DNA of 11,093 nucleotides from Azolla caroliniana (Eukaryota > Plantae > Polypodiophyta): contig JBHGNT010001194.1 in assembly GCA_043228905.1 (NCBI GenBank), positions 1 through 11,093 of the forward strand. Reading direction: 5' to 3'. Below, in pieces: positions 1 to 9,053 of this stretch (the stretch's first letter is position 1; each line of letters begins with the position of its first letter). The position numbers and the translations under genes were made by a program. The notes under the pieces were generated by a model. The model did no database searches. It was not told the origin of the DNA and saw nothing but the letters and a program-made list of their open reading frames with translations.

Positions 1-58
1 TTCTCAATGAAGGATTTGTAGCTGTAAGGGAGGGATTTGGCTGGAAGATCCTATCTTG

Positions 59-68
59 CTATATAAAT
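59..68 (+). promoter_or_regulatory. Candidate TATA box of gene 1 (CTATATAAAT)
   Basis: Matches the plant TATA consensus about 180 nt upstream of ATG 246. I see no ATG between ~95 and 245, consistent with a clean 5' UTR. The TSS is not known. Confidence 0.35.
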
Positions 69-245
69 TTCAACAATGTTGAACCATTAATTGATCTATA
101 TATCAGATTCTTTTCAAGGTTCTTTGCCATTTTCTTCAGAGTTCCTTTTTGAGATATTCCCTGGAATTCAACAGTCCACCGAGCTTCTTCTCAGATTCCT
201 TTTGAGTCTCGTTTCAAACTGGAATTACTAGAAACAAATCAAGCC

Positions 246-473
246 ATGGTTCCATGGGATGGTTATATAAGTGATGAAGTAATGGGAGCTCTAGCTCCTA
301 TAGTTGTGTATTGGATATACGCTGGATTCTATCATGTGTTACCTGTTTCTGATCGATATCGTCTCCATGCTCGCAAAGAGGAGATAAAAAACATTGTTTC
401 ACTCTCAGAGGTCATCAAAGGTGTCCTTTGGCAACAGACTCTGCAAGCTGTGGTTGCTATTTCCATGTTTCAG
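246..473 (+). CDS. SBH: Gene 1 exon 1: sphingoid base (sphinganine) C4-hydroxylase-like / GL1-9-like fatty acid hydroxylase, aa 1-76
   Basis: ATG in a good context (aagccATGG). Translation MVPWDGYISDEVMGALAPIVVYWIYAG...RYRLH...KNIVSLSEVIKGVLWQQTLQAVVA has the typical N-terminus of plant SBH/GL1-9 proteins. It ends at CAG|GTGCC (phase-0 donor at 474). Confidence 0.93.
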
Positions 474-569
474 GTGCCTAATTTTTTACATGAATTTCAT
501 ATGTATTCGCAATTCAATGGGTACAATGTATCATAAATTTGTTTGCAAAGCTAGGTTTTGCATTCAGGC

Positions 570-801
570 CTAACTTTATGCGAGGAACATTTTTCGGAAG
601 AATTTCAGGTGTTAAGAGAATATAGCTTAAGAGTATTTTGAAGTTTAGCTATTGCATGCATTAACTCCTTTGAGGGAGAACTAACTTTTTGTGAGGAACA
701 TTTTTGAGATGAACATTGTATGTAAACAATGTAGGTGATACATCTTAAGATTATTTTGAAATTTAGGTATCACGTGCATGCATAAATTTGTGAGGGAAAA
801 C
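570..801. repeat. Degenerate direct tandem duplication, two units of ~111-121 bp (570..680, 681..801)
   Basis: Shared blocks in the same order: ctaactttatgcgaggaacattttt / ctaactttttgtgaggaacattttt; cttaagagtattttgaagtttagctat / cttaagattattttgaaatttaggtat; tgcatgcat; tgagggagaac / tgagggaaaac. Confidence 0.75.
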
Positions 802-1863
802 ATAGGGTGCAAACTTGTATTTTTGTAGTTGAACGTGGATGTGTTCTTGGTATCATGCCAGTGCTATTTAGTCTTGATATTCAAAAAGCATGGAGGTTTA
901 CTTCTTGGTTGATCTTCGTTTTTGATAATGATAAACACAGATGTATGCTCAAACATGTGTTTTGGTTCAGAGAGTGAACCAATTTGGCGTCTGTCAAATT
1001 GATGAATTGGTTATTCTTCAAGTGATCTGCCTTGGTTAATCCTATAATATGACCTTTCAGGATAGGAAACTTTTCTTTTTTACTGTTGATTATAGAATCT
1101 TGGTAACTTCATGAATATCACTAGTGCTTGGCAGCATTTAGCTGTGATATTTGCAAACTGTGTGAGCTCCTGGCTATACTTCTTGTTTAAGATTTTAGCT
1201 GGAACTAACTAGCATGAATACCAGAATATGAAATTTTTTACATTATTTAATACTTAGGTATTATTTTCTGCATTGTTTTTGTCCCATGGCAAGAAACTTA
1301 TATTCTTGACCTAGTTACATTGAGTAGAAAAATATATTCTTACAAAAATTGATGGCTTCCCCTTGAAGTAGATTAATGTATTTCTAAACCCTTCCCTTGA
1401 TATTTGATATAACTGAAGTATTGTGGAAAATGTAGTCAATAGTACTTTATATGGATGCTTGAAAGGTCAAGGAGAAGGCCTTTGGGGGATGCTCATTTCT
1501 TTACTACTATATGGAGTTGCTATTTTGTTTTTTTTCAGATTCTCAGAATGGATTACAAATATATCGAGATGCTTTTACATGAAAAAAGTATGTGGATGAT
1601 ATTTGTGATTGAACCTTCACAATGCAAAAATGATGATGTTGAACATCACTCAAACATGGGTAACAAAATGAAATCATCAATTCCTAGGAGAAAAACTTGT
1701 GGAGTACACAAATTCCTGCATGTATCTAGGTGGGTGCCAGTTTACTTATAGAAGGACAGGGAAGTTTCTGCTTGGTTTTATTTACGATATGCAATCTTTG
1801 CATGAGACAGTCAGCACATATATAGTATTAAGAACCACTGGCAAATTTGTGGGTTTTGATCCT

Positions 1864-2237
1864 CTTGTTATATTTGGTCTATGGAGTGGAAATTTTGGGA
1901 CATGTCTTCACTGGCCATTTAACTTGAGAGATTTGGAGGATATTCGTTCAAGGATTGACAACATGATATTGAGAAAATCAGATGTGCCTTGTTATATTTG
2001 GTCTATGGAATGGAAATTTTGGGACATGTCTTCACTGGCCATTTAACTTGAGCGATTTGGAGGATATTCGTTCAATGGTTGACAACATGATATTGAGAAA
2101 ATCAGATATGCCTTGTTATATTTGGTCTATGGAGTGGAAATTTTGGGACATGTCTTCACTGGCCATTTAACTTGAAAGATTTGGAGGATATTCGTTCAAT
2201 GATTGACAGCATGATATTGAGAAAATCAGATATGCCT
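1864..2237. repeat. Tandem repeat, 3 near-identical copies of a 124 bp unit
   Basis: Units begin with cttgttatatttggtctatgga at 1864, 1988 and 2112 (exact 124 nt period) and end with gagaaaatcagat(g/a)tgc. Only a few substitutions and no indels separate the copies. Confidence 0.97.
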
Positions 2238-4078
2238 CGTGGACAGGGGAGCAGCCTGAGGTACTGTTTCGAGTCTGGACTTATGTTTAGTGGATTTGGG
2301 AGCTCCAAATCCAAAGATGTCCAAGATTGACATTTATGTCATCAAAGTAATTAGGTGAACAATGAGCAGAAGATCTGAGCAGAAAAACATAGTGTTTTCA
2401 AGTAATCAAATTGGATATATAAATAACATTGATTAGCCCCAATGTGCCATTTTGTATTAGGATGACACATGATCTATCCTATCTTTACAAGCCCTTTCAC
2501 TTTTCTTATCTGCTTCTGATTAGGCATGACACACTGACAAGGCAGATACACACATTTTAGGTACGTATCATGCCGGTACTTGAGTTAGAGGAACCTGTTT
2601 GCCATTATATTGCTTAAATAAGTAATAAGGGGAAGATATTGTGGTTAGGCAAACACTCAAACACCATTTCTTTGATCCGTAACCTAGTTGGAATATATCT
2701 ATTGGTGAACAAGGATATTTGAGCCAAGCCAATGTGGAAGCTATAAGTGGAAAGATAATGAAATTGTCTCTGGTTTCAAAATGAATGTTGATTTTAAACA
2801 ACCACCTGCAATTGGATCAAATAAGGGAACATGGTGCTGCGATAATGAGTAATCAATGACAGAAGTATTTAGCTTAATAGGTACCCCATTGCATTTATGA
2901 TTTACTGTTTAGAATAATGCATCAAATCATGATGGTCTTCATTGGATTCTTGGTTTATTATTACATTTGCCAACTCTCTGAAACCAAACAACTAGGATCT
3001 TAGAGGCCCCAACCTGTGCAGAAGAAGCCCCTGCATCCCTTAAAGATTCCTTCTTTATATTACAGCATAAGTTCTGGAACCTAGGTTTCCTAAATAGATT
3101 TTGCGCAAAAATATCCCCAATTCAGGGGCTGCACTCAATTCAAACAACCTCTCTGCTTCCGAGGTTGTGAGTTACCATTGCATATTCTATTCTTTATGGC
3201 TCTGTCTTCCTGAATCCCTTCACCACTCATCCTCCAAGTTTCATAAAATGAAGTGAAAATGCAAGATTCTTGAACACAATCTGAGTTGGAAATTGACCTA
3301 TTTTATCACAACATGAGTTGGAAGTTATATGGTCAAAACAACTCTGCATTTCTATTTCCAAATCTGGAGGAGTGTAGCGGGTCGGGCACTTAGACTGGTC
3401 AACCCTCAGCTATCTTGTTACAGTTTCCAAGGGGAGTCCCATCAAACACTGGCCCTTATTTTAGATGCTGAGTGACCACTTCGTTGTCCAACTCTAGTTT
3501 CAAGGATGCTAGTTGAGTACTGTATCATCCTGTAGCAGATGGAGTTTATTATCATAGATGCTAAATCTGGTCAACCTCTGAACTCTTCTTGGTTGTACAC
3601 CATCTTTGATCTAGATATCCATAAATGACACATACCATGGCTGGAAGATCAACTTGTGGTAATGATGTATCCTATTTGGATTGTCATCTGACGAAGTTCC
3701 AGTTGCATCAGGAGTATACAAGGATATTCGGCATCCATCAAGTTTTTGTCAATTGACCCCAGACTCAATGTTGAGGCTTTGTAGTTAAGCTCTTAATTTT
3801 TCAGATTGGCTACCTTCAGAGTCCGTATCTGTAGCCTGTGACTTTGACTGTAGAGTCAATATCTGTGACTGCTGTGATGTTCATTTCAGCTTACTCTTCT
3901 TAAAACTCTGGTTTTGGAAAAAAATTACCAAGATATGCGATGTTTTTGTATCGAAATGTCTAATCTGATGGATCTATTGTAACATTTATTAATGCTGCAA
4001 TTTTTATTGTGGGACAGTAATATTCTGATTTGTGTTGCAAAGGCAGGTAACACATGTGTGAGTTGGTGTCCATTGTAG

Positions 4079-4630
4079 GTAACGTCAAGAATGGGCGTTG
4101 CTGGAAAAACTATCCAGCCAAGTTTTTGGATCCAAATCTTACAATTCATTATCGCAATGGTGGTTATGGACACGTGGCAGTACTTTGTACATCGTTATAT
4201 GCATGTGAACAAATTCTTATATCGTCATATTCACTCTCAACATCATAGACTTGTTGTTCCTTATGCAATTGGGGCTTTATACAATCATCCTATTGAAGGG
4301 TTGCTGCTGGACACTGTAGGGGGTGCATTTTCATTCCTACTTTCTGGAATGACACCGCGGACTTCAGTCTTCTTCTTTTCCTTTGCAGTGATCAAGACTG
4401 TAGATGATCATTGTGGGTTACAATTGCCAGGTAATCCATTCCATTGGCTGTTTAGAAATAACACAGCATATCATGATGTTCATCATCAGCTTCATGGCAT
4501 CAAGTATAACTTCTCTCAGCCTTTCTTTATAGTGTGGGACAAAATTCTTGGTACATATATGCCATACACTCTGGTTAAAAGGCCAGATGGTGGTTTTGAT
4601 GTCAGATTCGTAAAAGGTGCAACCAGCTAA
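4079..4630 (+). CDS. SBH: Gene 1 exon 2: sphingoid base C4-hydroxylase-like catalytic region, aa 77-259
   Basis: Contains the three His boxes of di-metal membrane hydroxylases/desaturases (HRYMH, HSQHH, HDVHH) and SBH-typical motifs DTWQYF, VVPYAIGALYNHPIEGLLLDT, KTVDDHCG and YNFSQPFF..WDKILGTYMPY. Stop TAA at 4628-4630. Confidence 0.96.
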   Translation, partial: VTSRMGVAGKTIQPSFWIQILQFIIAMVVMDTWQYFVHRYMHVNKFLYRHIHSQHHRLVVPYAIGALYNHPIEGLLLDTVGGAFSFLLSGMTPRTSVFFFSFAVIKTVDDHCGLQLPGNPFHWLFRNNTAYHDVHHQLHGIKYNFSQPFFIVWDKILGTYMPYTLVKRPDGGFDVRFVKGATS

Positions 4631-5310
4631 AACATGCCATTAAAGCAGTATATTGCTTCTCGTTGTGGAAAGTCCATTATTTGTTGGTTTTTGCATTTGC
4701 TGATGAATTATGAATTCTAATGATGATGGTATGATGTAGAAAATCACATCCAAAATAATCGTATTCTTTCCGGGTATGATCAAACCATATAAATGCATGC
4801 TGTAAAGATGTTCTGTATCCCACTCACTGGTAGTGATAATGTTTTTTCCTATGAAGGTAGACATTTCAACAGTTTCCATGACTAGATCAGACATGTGTTT
4901 GTTTCCCAATATGTACTTAGGACCCACCACCATTGGGGTCTTGCTGGAAAAAAAGATTGGAATTATGAAATCTTTGTACCAAATGGATAACCATGTGGCA
5001 TACTATGTAGGTTCTAATGTTTCTAAGGGTGTATTAAACTTTTGAAAGGTGATGGATATTTTTCAAAGTTCAAAGTTCTCCACAAACTAAAGCTCAACAA
5101 GATGCTCACAATGGTTGCATTTATGCTGTTTGGGGACTTCATGGAAATCTTCAAGGTATCATGACTGTAAGTTTCATTATGTGAGATGTAATTACACAGG
5201 TTCATGAAATTGCAGAGGATGAATTAGAGGCTGGGAAAAAGAGTTGTTGCACATTTGCCCTTCCGCTATGACTTTTTTTTCACCATGTTCTTAATGTACA
5301 TTTTATAATG

Positions 5311-5381
5311 TCTCAAATTTCAATTCATAAAATTATATGGAGGTTCTCAAATTTCAATTCATAAAATTATATGGAGGTTCT
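5311..5381. repeat. Perfect 34 bp tandem duplication
   Basis: tctcaaatttcaattcataaaattatatggaggt occurs at 5311..5344 and 5345..5378, followed by tct (3 nt terminal microhomology). Confidence 0.95.
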
Positions 5382-5565
5382 ATGTGGAAGGGTGGTTACC
5401 ATCTTTATTAAAGATTTTGCTTGATATTGAAGCTTAATGTAGGAAGCTAATTCTCCGTTTAAGTTTGTAACATGCCACAATAATGCGGTTCTTTGTATCT
5501 GTACATCTAATTTATAGTTTATAGACATTGCTAGCAAAGATTACTGCCATGAATAGGCTAGTAAA

Positions 5566-5685
5566 TTTAAGAGTATTTTGACCCAAGAGAATATAAAATA
5601 TACCACTCTTATTCTATGGTCAATAAGGGTATTGGTTTAAGAGCATATCGACCAAAGAGAGAAGATACCATATACCACTCTTATT
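5566..5685. repeat. Degenerate ~70 bp-period direct repeat with an internal imperfect inverted repeat
   Basis: tttaagagtattttgacccaagaga...atataccactcttatt recurs as tttaagagcatatcgaccaaagaga...atataccactcttatt. ttgacc (~5578) and ggtcaa (~5618) are complementary. Confidence 0.6.
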
Positions 5686-7018
5686 AGGGGCAAAGTTAAA
5701 CACATTGCTTGTAGAATGAGAAATTTATCATTCTATACCCCTTCTCAAAAAGTGAGGTAGTGTATGCTTCAAACTACAATCAATAAATTAAACACAAGCA
5801 TATTCTAGATTGATTTAAGATGGTTATGATAAAAAGTATCACCTTAAGAAATTATATAACTAAGTAACGAGTTATTTTTGTGATTCCAATCACATGCAAA
5901 CTTTTATGAGTATTCCTTATCTATGGTTCATTATTTAGTGGACTACACCTAAAGTTAAGCTCAAATTTGGAATAGTATATCAAACTCTCCATTGAGTGCT
6001 AGGATGTTGTGTTCATTGAAAGAGGGCAAGGAATTAAAATATGCCCAATATACATGATGCAATTTTACATTCATTAGGTTCATTGAGTTCGTGATTTTAA
6101 TATTTTGTGTACATTGATCCATTACAATTTACATTGCCTAAGCCTTAATGGATGAATTTGATGGTTGTATTGTGTAATGCTTAAGCAATGGTTTAGTGGG
6201 TAATGCTACAACTATTTATATAATGTTCGATTCGGAGCCAAATTAAGGGTAGAGATAAACCATCATCCTTTGGGTGGTCTTATGGCCGGTTGGAGTATGA
6301 ATGATGATGGTTTGGACATGAACATGTTACATACACAAGTTTCAGGGTTAGGGTCATGTATAGTGCTAGCCACTATCCAGACCCCACTCACTGCGTGAAT
6401 GGGTTCATCCTACTATGGTGGCAAATGCAAGGTATGTCATAGTGCACTTGTCTATCCATGGATCATGCAATGTAATATCATATTGGAAGTATGCAATAAT
6501 GGCACCGATAAACCATGCCAACTAATTTCACCAGAATGAAGCGTGTGAAGTGAGGAAGTGTAATTGCAAGTGCAGTTGGCTCAAAAAGCTAACTATGATA
6601 ATACAAAACCTTGACAACAACATAAGATTTTATAATATAAACATATGACCTCCACATCCTGTCTTCTTCTAGTGGTTCAAACTGCAACAGAGAAAAGCAT
6701 GCGAGATGATAGTGAGTCAACATTTGCACCAAGAAAAGCCCGAAGTCAATGTAATTTGCACTTAACACATGATTATTCAAAGGGCACCTTGCATTAGCAT
6801 TAGTTCGTTTAGAAAATTGGAAGTACCGATGCCCCCCATAAACTACGAAAACTAATCAAAATATCAAGATATCTATCAATAAGTATGAGATATAGTAGAA
6901 CATATTCCATGAGGGGCAGGCTTGGGAATATCGTAAAATTAGGGAGGTGCCCCACACACTTACTTATCCACAACGCAGAGGAGTGTGAGTTATGTTTGAA
7001 ACAGAGTATCTCTCGCTG

Positions 7019-7027
7019 AGATATTTT
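7019..7027 (-). promoter_or_regulatory. Evening Element (AAAATATCT) just upstream of the gene 2 start codon
   Basis: The + strand reads AGATATTTT, the exact reverse complement of the Evening Element. A one-mismatch copy (AAAATATCA) lies at 6858..6866 and an I-box-like CTTATCC at 6963..6969. Function is not shown. Confidence 0.3.
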
Positions 7028-7079
7028 TGTTGCTCGTTTCTGCTGCTTCACAGCTCACCCCACGATACCTCTTCTCCAC

Positions 7080-7082
7080 ATG
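7080..7082 (+). CDS. Gene 2 coding exon 1: initiator ATG only
   Basis: ccacATG|GTAAGT has a perfect donor consensus. The next exon has no in-frame ATG before its transit-peptide-like segment and starts in phase 0 with GCT TCT, giving a typical M-A-S start. Confidence 0.8.
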
Positions 7083-7239
7083 GTAAGTCAGCCGACATTT
7101 ATGCTTTCAGTTCTCTTCTCCTTACTTATCTGTTGCAAAATTCAACATTCAATACTAGATCCATACAATGAAGGAGAACTGATAGTGATGTTTTTTTTAT
7201 TTTCTATTGGAGGGTAGCTTTTGTTTGTTTGTTTGTTTT

Positions 7240-7735
7240 GGAATGGTGTGTGGTGATGTTGATTTTTGTGTTGAATGGTGACATTGGTAATGCTTATGAT
7301 GATCTTTGGGACAACGTTGGTAGCAGTAGTTTTGGTGCTTTTGAATGGTGATTATGGTAGCATTTTTGCTGTTTTTGGTGATAATGGTTGTGGAGGTGAT
7401 GGCGATGATGAATGGTGATGTAGGTGCAAAATGTACTATGGCGATGAATGGTGATGTAGATGTAATGTGGTGATGTTACAGATAATGTTGATTATGTGAT
7501 GGTAGTGATAGTGATAGTGATAGTGATAGTGATAGTGATAGTGATATAGTGATAATTATGATGATGATGATAGTGATAGTGATATAGTGATAATGATGAT
7601 GATAGTGATAGTGATATAGTGATAATGATGATGATCTGATGGTAGTGATAGTGGTGATGGCTATGTGGATGTGGTGATAGTGACGATAATGATGATGACG
7701 TGATGGAAATGGTAATGGCTATGGTGATGATGTTA
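7240..7735. repeat. Low-complexity G/A/T-rich, C-poor tract in gene 2 intron 1, with (TAGTGA)7 at 7503..7544 and two exact 32 bp higher-order units at 7571..7602 and 7603..7634
   Basis: Directly visible GAT/GGT/TAGTGA iterations. The unit tagtgatagtgatatagtgataatgatgatga is repeated exactly, with a variant copy immediately upstream. Confidence 0.93.
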
Positions 7736-7752
7736 CCTTCTTTCTATTGCAG

Positions 7753-8277
7753 GCTTCTGTGCTTTCCTCTGGTCAGCAGTTTTCTGCAACAAATGGCTGC
7801 CCTAGCCACCTCTCTTGCACACATAAAAACCTTTCCTCAACACTGTCTAATGCTTCAACGAAGCTTTTTTCTTACAAAGGCTTGAGAAAATGGGGCATAT
7901 CACGAAACTTTGAGACGGATTCTAGGACCACACTGCAAACAAATAGAAGAAGTCAGGTGTCTTCTTTAGTTGTTATGGTCTCTGGTTCAGATCAAGCCAC
8001 AGCAACGACTATAACCATTCCTGCTCTCAAAGATCTCCCTTTGAATGGATTCATCAATTCACATGGCCGAATCATGCCACCCATTGAGCCTAACACTGAA
8101 GCTTCCGTCTTTGTAGTAATGGACAAGAACAAGAAGGTTCAATACGTAGGATTCTCCAAAGACCTCCGGAACACTCTCAGACTTCTGATGGGAAGAAGAC
8201 CAGAATTTTGTTACTTTTATAAGGTTTTCAACCTGCCTGCCCTCGATCAAGAGATAATGTTGGAGACCAGGAAACAG
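7753..8277 (+). CDS. Gene 2 exon 2: predicted plastid transit peptide plus first half of a GIY-YIG-like (cyanobacterial / GRXS16-N-terminal-like) domain, aa 2-176
   Basis: Acceptor tttctattgcAG at 7752 and donor CAG|GTTTT at 8278. The first ~75 aa are Ser/Thr-rich and acid-poor. Then IPALKDLPLNGFINSHGRI...ASVFVVMDKNKKVQYVGFSKDLRNTL...RPEFCYFYKV gives a degenerate GIY-x10-YIG pattern followed by the P-x-x-C-x-x-x-KV motif of this subfamily. Confidence 0.88.
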
Positions 8278-8879
8278 GTTTTCTTTTCTTGTCTCACTGT
8301 CATTTACTTACCAGACAGATTACATTGAAACATCTTGACGAGATTTTATTTTTGTATGGATGAGATGTCACATGACACCTTCTTTGTTGATCTTGTTCCG
8401 TTGTGCATCTATCTTTAGGCTTATAATTTGTAGTTTTCGTCAGAGCTCAATGCATTTATTTTAGTTCATGTGATTGTATTTGGCTATTATATTTAGGGTT
8501 GTAATTTGTAATGGTTTTTGGAGGTTGATGCATTTATATCTTTGTTCATTTGATAGCATTCTACATACATGTGTAGGGTTGCGTATTTTGGCAGTTCTCT
8601 TGAGTTGTGTGTTTTATCTTTATTCTTCTTGTTGCATTCATCTCTAGGAATGTAAATCATAGTGATTTTAGTGGTATGGTGCATTTTATCTTTGTTCATC
8701 TTGTGACTGAGTAGCTCTCTATGTGATGAAATCTGCAGTGGTTTTCAGGATATGTTGCATACCTGTGATGTTATCATATTCTATGGTTATTTTAGTGGTG
8801 TCTTGTAAGTTGAAGTGTTTTTTCGTGATATATAGTAATTTCTAGTTATTTTCGTGATATGGTGCTACAAAAATTATAG

Positions 8880-9053
8880 TGGTTTTCGGAACTGGGTAAC
8901 CCACCAGAAGGCAATTCAGATCCGACTCAAAAGAAGTTTTGGGAACAACCGACAGATGCTGGATCTATTTCGGAAAGAGGAAAAGCTGCAGCAGCGAAAG
9001 CCAAGGCAAGAACAATGATCCAAATGCTGGCTGACCGAGGAATTACTGAAGAG
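8880..9053 (+). CDS. Gene 2 exon 3 (WFSELGNPPEGNSDPTQKKFWEQPTDAG...MIQMLADRGITEE)
   Basis: TAG acceptor at 8879, GAG|GTAAAT donor at 9054, 58 open codons in phase 0/0. It supplies the W...P-x-GN motif that ends GRXS16-like/cyanobacterial GIY-YIG domains. Confidence 0.88.

Larger units (their letters stand above)
474..4078 (+). other. Gene 1 intron (3605 bp, GT-AG, phase 0)
   Basis: GT at 474-475 and TAG at 4076-4078. Joining keeps the frame (...SMFQ|VTSRMGVAG...) and gives 259 aa, the usual length for the family. Confidence 0.85.

Noticed and set aside
474-536. C-terminal part of ORF 246..536 (VPNFLHEF...)
   Set aside because: Read-through into the intron after the donor at 474. Family similarity resumes at 4079.
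1455-2170. ORFs 1455..1751, 1699..2046 and 1982..2170
   Set aside because: Intronic with no recognisable motifs. The latter two repeat the same peptides in shifted frames because of the 124 bp repeat.
1864-2237. CRISPR-like array
   Set aside because: The units are contiguous 124 bp copies with no unique spacers, the context is a eukaryotic intron and there are no cas genes.
2450-3900. Possible decayed retrotransposon fragment in the gene 1 intron (less T-rich, coding-like texture)
   Set aside because: I could not find LTRs, PBS/PPT, TSDs or gag/RT/integrase motifs by eye. A BLASTX or RepeatMasker search would be needed.
4640-5205. Short ORFs downstream of gene 1 (4640..4933, 4833..5045, 5023..5205)
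   Set aside because: They fall in the probable 3' UTR or intergenic region, have no motifs and fit chance ORFs.
6340-6354. Telomere-like tttcagggttaggg
   Set aside because: Fewer than two true repeat units, so compatible with chance.
7700-7885. ORF 7700..7885 and the TTG start assigned to ORF 7747..8328
   Set aside because: The first begins in the GAT-rich intronic repeat and is out of frame with the gene. The TTG at 7747 is part of the splice acceptor (ttgcAG), not a start codon.
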